Of a stretch of DNA of 32,000 nucleotides, positions 26,654 to 32,000 are shown in pieces; position 1 is the stretch's first letter, and each line of letters begins with the position of its first letter. Origin of the DNA: Candidatus Kuenenia stuttgartensis (lineage in GTDB: Bacteria > Planctomycetota > Brocadiia > Brocadiales > Brocadiaceae); the NCBI RefSeq assembly GCF_900232105.1, contig NZ_LT934425.1:2970001-3002000 (forward strand), read 5' to 3'. A program made the translations under genes and the position numbers. The notes below the pieces were generated by a model that saw nothing but the letters and a program-made list of their open reading frames with translations, did no database searches and was not told the DNA's origin.

Positions 26654-27754
26654 TTAAAAAATTTTTTCTGTAAGAATTTGTGAGGCAAACAAACCTTTTT
26701 GTTTCGGGGTATCTTGAAAATGTTTTCCCCAATTTATATCACATAATGGTTCTTCCGTGATATCAGGATTCTTGCAACCGCAAACATAAGCGCTTATTTT
26801 ATAAAGACCTGCCAGTTCATCAATAGCGTGGTAACTATTTTTTCTATAGTGTACATCCAGTGCCTGTACACGTGATTTTTCTGCCAGCAGGTTGATGGAA
26901 CTGCCATTTTGGTAATGTGCATTTATCTCTTCCCATAAAGAGGTTTTCCTGAGAGATTTATAGAGATTTTTCTTAATAAATGGTCTTAAAAAGAGATAAT
27001 TAATGCCCATAGCGTTTACCTCATATTTCTGCAAAACTCTGAATAATGCGGTTAAGTTGGTTTTTGTGTCGGTTATTCCCGGTATAAGGGGGTCTAATTT
27101 CACTTCCGGCACAATCCCCACGTTGCACAATTGTTCAATGTTCCGTATTCTTTCGCCTGGAGTGGCGGCGTAAGGTTCTATGATTCTTTGTATATTCCGG
27201 TTTAATGTGGTAATACCTATCTGAATATGTACTAATTTTTTATGTCTTTTAAACAGGTCAAGAAATTTTATTGGTATCCGTCCTTTTGTAAGGAGATTTA
27301 TACCAATATTATATTCTAACAGGGTCTGCATTAATTCATACGACAAATTTATTACCTGAGGAATCGGCTGAAGGGCATCACTCGAAGAACTGAAAAAGAC
27401 ATATTTTGGTAGTTTTCTGCGTCGTGGCAATTCTTTTTTTAACTTTTCGGCCATATTTTCATACACAAGTACCTTACCATCTCCAGGATAGATTGAATAT
27501 CCCCTTGCATAGCAATATGCGCATTGATGGCTGCACCCTATTGTAGGGTTAATTGTTGCGACCTGACTCAAACATTTCAAAGTTGGTCTTGCCAAAACAG
27601 CCGTTTTCCGTTCAATAGATTCTATGTGCATTTTGCGATAAGAGATAACTATACATGGATTATTTAACAATGTTCCTGAATAGCGCTGCTTGCCGCATAG
27701 TATAAAGCGGTTGATGTTTCTTCCCCACTTGATATCTAAGCCCATTAAAGCCAT
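26654..27754 (-). CDS. Radical SAM protein, PA0069/Rv2578c (SplB-like, COG1533) type
   Basis: It has a CxxxCxxC cluster in the context INPTIGCSHQCAYCYARG and an N-terminal KWGRNINRF resembling the family's GRG..N..RF motif. Alternative ATG starts lie at 27745 and 27631. Confidence 0.75.
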   Translation of the reverse strand: MALMGLDIKWGRNINRFILCGKQRYSGTLLNNPCIVISYRKMHIESIERKTAVLARPTLKCLSQVATINPTIGCSHQCAYCYARGYSIYPGDGKVLVYENMAEKLKKELPRRRKLPKYVFFSSSSDALQPIPQVINLSYELMQTLLEYNIGINLLTKGRIPIKFLDLFKRHKKLVHIQIGITTLNRNIQRIIEPYAATPGERIRNIEQLCNVGIVPEVKLDPLIPGITDTKTNLTALFRVLQKYEVNAMGINYLFLRPFIKKNLYKSLRKTSLWEEINAHYQNGSSINLLAEKSRVQALDVHYRKNSYHAIDELAGLYKISAYVCGCKNPDITEEPLCDINWGKHFQDTPKQKGLFASQILTEKIF

Positions 27755-27762
27755 ATAAATTC

Positions 27763-27791
27763 ATGTAGTACGATGAGGTTAGTCGCACTAC
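27763..27791. repeat. Intergenic hairpin TGTAGTACGA-N9-TCGCACTACA
   Basis: It has a 10-bp stem with one mismatch and lies 9 nt upstream of the radical SAM start. It shares the TGTAG...CTACA ends with the hairpin at 23253-23281 and a weaker one at 16055-16082. Confidence 0.6.
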
Positions 27792-27922
27792 AAATAACAA
27801 TTTCCAGTTTCAAAAAACTAGAGTGTTACCAAAATCAAGTGTGGTTTTATCAATAAGTTAAGAAGCCTCGGCTCTTTAAAAATGAGTGTTTTGTGGATTT
27901 AATAAGCAGGGTTATCTGTACG

Positions 27923-28748
27923 CTATTTTTCGAAGTAATTGGGGTCGTTGGACTGAATTATTTTCAGTAGTTCATTGTGGATTATCTTAGAACCGGCAAT
28001 GATGTTGCCGGTTTTAAGATAGTTGTTTTTACCATTAAAATCAGTGGTTATTCCCCCGGCTTCCTGAACTAAAAGAACGCCAGCGGCAATATCCCATGGC
28101 GATAATGCATATTCAAAAAAACCGCCGAAAATCCCATCCGCGGTATATGCAAGATCCAGGCTTGCAGAACCGCATCTTCTCATGTCAGAGGCATGGTTAA
28201 GCAATTCCCTGAATATCTTTACATAGGTGTCAACAATGTTTTTCTTTCTGAATGGAAAACCGGTTGCGATAAGAGAGTCATTCAGATTTTTCTGGAGAGA
28301 AACATGTATGGGTTTTGCCATTTTTTGATGCACCTTGTCCCTTTACTGCGGAAAAGATATCGTCTTTTATAGGATCATATACAATCCCCACGCAGAGTTC
28401 TCCCTTTATTTCCAAAGCGATTGAGATAGCAAAAGCCGGCACACCGTGGATGTAGTTTGCAGTGCCGTCTAATGGGTCGATGATCCATAAAAAGGGAGAG
28501 GTATTTGTTTGTGTTTCAGACTCTTCCGCCAATATGGCATGATCGCTGAAATGCGTAATGATGTGATTTTTGATGATTTGTTCAGACCTTCTGTCTACAT
28601 CCGTGACAAAATCATTTGCGGCTTTTTCTTCAATCATAGAAGCATCTAACTTTCTGAAATATTTTTTCAGGACGTCGCCTGCTTCCATGGCTGCTTGTTT
28701 GGCTACTTCAAGATATGCCGCCAATGTATTTGGGTGAACCTTCATCAT
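27923..28748 (-). pseudogene. suhB: Inositol monophosphatase family gene (SuhB-like) interrupted by a 1-nt frameshift
   Basis: Two overlapping ORFs (28278..28748 and 27923..28333) carry the N-terminal (WIIDPLDGTANY) and C-terminal (ATGFPF, WDIAAG) halves of one IMPase. Removing one A from the run GGCAAAACCC (plus-strand T4 at 28313-28316) restores ...GASKNGKPIHVSLQKNLNDSLIATGFPF. Confidence 0.8.
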
Positions 28749-28761
28749 TAGTTCGTAAGAG

Positions 28762-29664
28762 TTAAATAAGACTCTTGCCAGTTAACGTTTTATATGCATT
28801 CAGATACTTTTCAGATGTTTTCTGGATTATGTCGGGCGGAAGTGCTGGTGCTGGTGGATTTTTATCCCAATGTATGCTTTCTAAATAGTCGCGTATGAAT
28901 TGCTTGTCGTATGACGGCTGTGGTTTTCCTGGTGTATAGAATTCAAGCGGCCAAAATCTCGAAGAATCAGGGGTAAGTACCTCATCAATAAGCATCGTTT
29001 TATTGTTATTCGTTATGCCCCACTCAAATTTTGTGTCACAAATAATGATTCCTCTGCTTTTTGCATATTCACTTGCCTTCGAATAGATTTTGAGACTTTT
29101 CTCCTTTAATTCATCGGTGAGCGTTTTTCCGATCAGATTGATTACTTCAGAAACCGGTATGTTTTCATCATGGCCGGTATGTGCTTTTGTTGAAGGAGTA
29201 AATATGGGTTCAGGGAGTTTGTCCGATTCTTTTAACCCGGCAGGCAGCTTTATTCCGCAAATTGATTGGAATTTTTGGTATTCTTTCCAGCCGGAACCTG
29301 CCAGGTATCCACGGATAATACATTCTACCGGGATAACGTTTACTTTTTTCACAAGCATAGACCGGCCCTGAAGGATGTCTTTATGGTGTCTGACAAATGT
29401 ATTATCAATAGAATCGATATCAGTGGTAATGAGGTGGTTCTCAGTGACATCGGCAGTATAATGAAACCAATATTCTGACAATCCTGTAAGCACCTGTCCT
29501 TTATAGGGAATCCCGTTTGGGAGAACCACGTCAAATGCGGAAATACGGTCTGTGGTAACGATAAGCAAATCATTATTAACTTCGTAAATATCACGAACTT
29601 TTCCGCGGTTGTGTAATTTAAGCTGTGAAATGTTGGTGGTCAGTAACGGTTGTGTTGTTTTCAT
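28762..29664 (-). CDS. purC: Phosphoribosylaminoimidazole-succinocarboxamide (SAICAR) synthase
   Basis: 300 aa with an ATG start. The long-form PurC pattern is present: GKVRDIY...LLIVTTDRISAFD...IIRGYLAGSGW...LIDEVLTPDSSRFW. Confidence 0.9.
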   Translation of the reverse strand: MKTTQPLLTTNISQLKLHNRGKVRDIYEVNNDLLIVTTDRISAFDVVLPNGIPYKGQVLTGLSEYWFHYTADVTENHLITTDIDSIDNTFVRHHKDILQGRSMLVKKVNVIPVECIIRGYLAGSGWKEYQKFQSICGIKLPAGLKESDKLPEPIFTPSTKAHTGHDENIPVSEVINLIGKTLTDELKEKSLKIYSKASEYAKSRGIIICDTKFEWGITNNNKTMLIDEVLTPDSSRFWPLEFYTPGKPQPSYDKQFIRDYLESIHWDKNPPAPALPPDIIQKTSEKYLNAYKTLTGKSLI

Positions 29665-29674
29665 AAATTTTATT

Positions 29675-30496
29675 TTATATAAAACAATTCTGCAGGTATT
29701 GATTAAGATTTATTCTCAGTTTATTTAATCCCTGAAGTTTTGGTTTTAGGGATAATGCAACATGAAGATACTTTAAAGCGTTTTCGTAGTCCTGTAATTT
29801 AAGAGAGCATTCGGCCATTTTTTTGTAAACAAACGCCTGTTCGTTTTTGCATAAGTCCAATTTGAGTAAATTTTGATAATGTATAAGGGCTTTATCCGGG
29901 GAGGATTTTTTTGCTAATTTACGGCAATAAATATTTCTGATTCTTTCTTTTGTCTCCTCCAGCAGATGTTGCCGATAAGCAGCCTGTTTCCCTTTTTCCA
30001 GTATGTACTCGTAAAGTTTTATTGAAAGTTCATATTCGCCGGATTTTTCATAAGCCTCTGCCAGCAAAAATTTGCAATCGATAAAATCCCGATGGTTAAG
30101 GTGGAGGAAGAAGTCCGTATCAGGGGAAGTATTTAGCAAATACTCATATTTCTCAATAGCGCTACTTGTGTACCCATTGAGAAGGTCGGAAAAAATAATA
30201 CGAATTTCCATGCTGATTTTTTCTGATTTAGTGGAGGATGTTTTGGGCTTTGCGTCCCGAACGGTGTTCTGTTTGTTTTGGGAATGTTTGTGAAGCGTAT
30301 CATATTGTTTGCGGGAATGAGTATCGGAAAGAGTTTTATACGCCTGAATAATAATTTTTGTTTTTGATTCCGCCCATTTTTTGTTTGAGCCATTTATATC
30401 GGGATGGAATTTTTTAATCAGGGTTCTGAATGAGCGTTTTATTTCTTCAGCGCTTACTTCTTCATGCACTTCCAGGATATTGTAATAATTTACCAT
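29675..30496 (-). CDS. J-domain protein with C-terminal TPR-like repeats
   Basis: 273 aa. The N-terminal J domain is YYNILEV...IKRSFRTLIKKFHPDIN, with the HPD tripeptide. The C-terminal half has TPR-like helical repeats (AEAYEKSGEYELSIKLYEY...). The stop lies 10 nt from the purC start, so the two are probably co-transcribed. Confidence 0.8.
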   Translation of the reverse strand: MVNYYNILEVHEEVSAEEIKRSFRTLIKKFHPDINGSNKKWAESKTKIIIQAYKTLSDTHSRKQYDTLHKHSQNKQNTVRDAKPKTSSTKSEKISMEIRIIFSDLLNGYTSSAIEKYEYLLNTSPDTDFFLHLNHRDFIDCKFLLAEAYEKSGEYELSIKLYEYILEKGKQAAYRQHLLEETKERIRNIYCRKLAKKSSPDKALIHYQNLLKLDLCKNEQAFVYKKMAECSLKLQDYENALKYLHVALSLKPKLQGLNKLRINLNQYLQNCFI

Positions 30497-30636
30497 GACA
30501 AAACTACGAATTTTTAAAAATAAAATAAAATCATATGTCGTTTAAACGAATCTTGAGATGTTCGCGTAATTAAATATGATCGGAGAGACACTTTAAATAT
30601 ACATTAATAACATTTTCTCTTCTAAAACAGAAGGAA

Positions 30637-30665
30637 ATGCTAACAGCAATTTTATCAGTTGTCAA
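30637..30665 (-). promoter_or_regulatory. Candidate sigma70-type promoter for the J-domain/purC unit
   Basis: On the minus strand: TTGACA (30665-30660), a 17-nt spacer, then TAGCAT (30642-30637), about 140 nt upstream of the ATG at 30496. This is a sequence match only. Confidence 0.3.
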
Positions 30666-30689
30666 CAAATTTGATTTCTTTTGAGGAAG

Positions 30690-31952
30690 TTATTCATACC
30701 GTAGGGTTTCAACGGGATCTAGCCTTGCCGCCCTTATAGCGGGATATATGCTAAAAATCACACTGCTGAGTATTGCGATGAATATAGTAATCATAATGCT
30801 TGCCGGTTTGATGACAGTAGGTATCTGGTCAAAGTAATATACTTCAGGTGGGAATGGCCTCCAGCCTGTCATATTATATAATATGCTTTCCAGCCAATTA
30901 ATACGCAAGACAACGGAAAATCCTATAGCAGCTCCCACGCAGGATCCAATGCTGCCAATGAATAGTCCGTTCAATAGAAAAATGGACATAATACCTTGTG
31001 TGGTAGCTCCTAATGCTTTTAGTATGCCAATGTCTTTGGATTTTTCCAATACAATCATCGTCAGAATTGCCAATATATTAAAGCCTGCAACAACGATGAT
31101 AAAAAAGAGTATAAATGCCATTACACGCCTTTCTAGCATTACAGCGGTCAAAAATGTCCTCCTGGCATCCTCCCATGTTTGCACATAATATTCAAAGCCC
31201 AATGAAGATTGCAACTTGTCACGCACTTCATTTGCATAGCGGTAATCATGAAGTTTTACGCTTATTCCGGATACGGCGTCCCTTTCTTTTATACCCGTCA
31301 ATTCTTGTGCAGCAGCAAGAGGAATATACACATAATTCTTGTCGTAATCGTACATTCCCGATTTAAATGTTCCTTCAATAACAAATGCTTTTACACTGAT
31401 TTTGTCCCAGTTTTTTAACGTAACCAGCACTATTTGCTCGCCTTCCTGCACAAAACTTATTGGGTCTGTTTCCGGGTCACCCGGACTAACCCTCAGTAGT
31501 TCTATACCACAAAATGCGCTAGCGGTTTGGTTTTCTCCATGAGTTTTTTGTAAATCTTCAGGTTCTTTCCTGAAAGGGGATAAAAAAGCCTTAAAATCGC
31601 CAACGGTTGCCTCTTCAACGGGATTAATTCCTTTAAAATATACAAATTCCTTTCTTCCACGTATTTTTATAAGAGCAGGCCCTTCGACAAAGGGAGCACA
31701 GGAAGATACATGTTCGGTTGCTTTTACTTTCTCCATCACCTGTGTATAATTTTCAAGGCCATACATGCCTCCTTTTGTAATGATAATGTGTGTTAACGTT
31801 CCTCTTATTCTGCTACGTAATTCCTGATCGAACCCATTCATAACAGAAAGGACAACAATTAATGTCATAACGCCTACTGCAACACCGGCTACTGCAAAAA
31901 AAGAAATTTTCCTGCTGCGTAAATAACGGAGGGTAATAAAGAATTTGTACAT
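30690..31952 (-). CDS. lolC: LolC/LolE-type (MacB/FtsX-fold) ABC transporter permease
   Basis: 420 aa starting MYKFFITLRYLRSRK. It has one TM segment, a large periplasmic domain, then three C-terminal TM segments with the FtsX-type ending RAARLDPVETLRYE. Confidence 0.8.
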   Translation of the reverse strand: MYKFFITLRYLRSRKISFFAVAGVAVGVMTLIVVLSVMNGFDQELRSRIRGTLTHIIITKGGMYGLENYTQVMEKVKATEHVSSCAPFVEGPALIKIRGRKEFVYFKGINPVEEATVGDFKAFLSPFRKEPEDLQKTHGENQTASAFCGIELLRVSPGDPETDPISFVQEGEQIVLVTLKNWDKISVKAFVIEGTFKSGMYDYDKNYVYIPLAAAQELTGIKERDAVSGISVKLHDYRYANEVRDKLQSSLGFEYYVQTWEDARRTFLTAVMLERRVMAFILFFIIVVAGFNILAILTMIVLEKSKDIGILKALGATTQGIMSIFLLNGLFIGSIGSCVGAAIGFSVVLRINWLESILYNMTGWRPFPPEVYYFDQIPTVIKPASIMITIFIAILSSVIFSIYPAIRAARLDPVETLRYE

Positions 31953-32000
31953 TATAACTTTGAATTCGAATTGTTATTTAAAATGATTATGTATATAATC

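Overview
Bacterial chromosomal window. The taxon cannot be determined from the sequence alone. The gene content looks anaerobe-like (flavodiiron protein, BcrAD-type activase, radical SAM), and the junk-like intergenic repeats remind me of uncultivated Planctomycetota or anammox-type genomes, but that is only a guess. The left 9.5 kb holds a complete type I-B cas operon on the minus strand: cas6-cas8b-cas7-[two extra small genes]-cas5-cas3-cas4-cas1-cas2. No CRISPR array is visible; it should lie just beyond the left edge. The two extra genes look like a PemK/MazF-type toxin with a small antitoxin, tightly packed between cas7 and cas5. This is the most unusual thing I can support. The rest is mostly housekeeping: cobT, tandem gspE-gspE then gspF, a Nudix hydrolase, a flavodiiron protein, leuD, a 1430-aa double BcrAD-ATPase/dehydratase-like fusion, leuC, an acidic split zinc-ribbon protein, htpX, a PA0069-type radical SAM protein, an inositol monophosphatase broken by a 1-nt frameshift, purC, a J-domain/TPR protein and a LolC/E-type permease. 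Several intergenic regions carry short repeat families: an 18-nt motif x3, a 15-bp perfect palindrome x3, TGTAG...CTACA hairpins and heptamer microsatellites. No tRNA, rRNA, transposase or integrase was recognised. The ORF track takes the longest ORF and includes TTG/GTG starts, so I moved several starts to better-supported ATGs.
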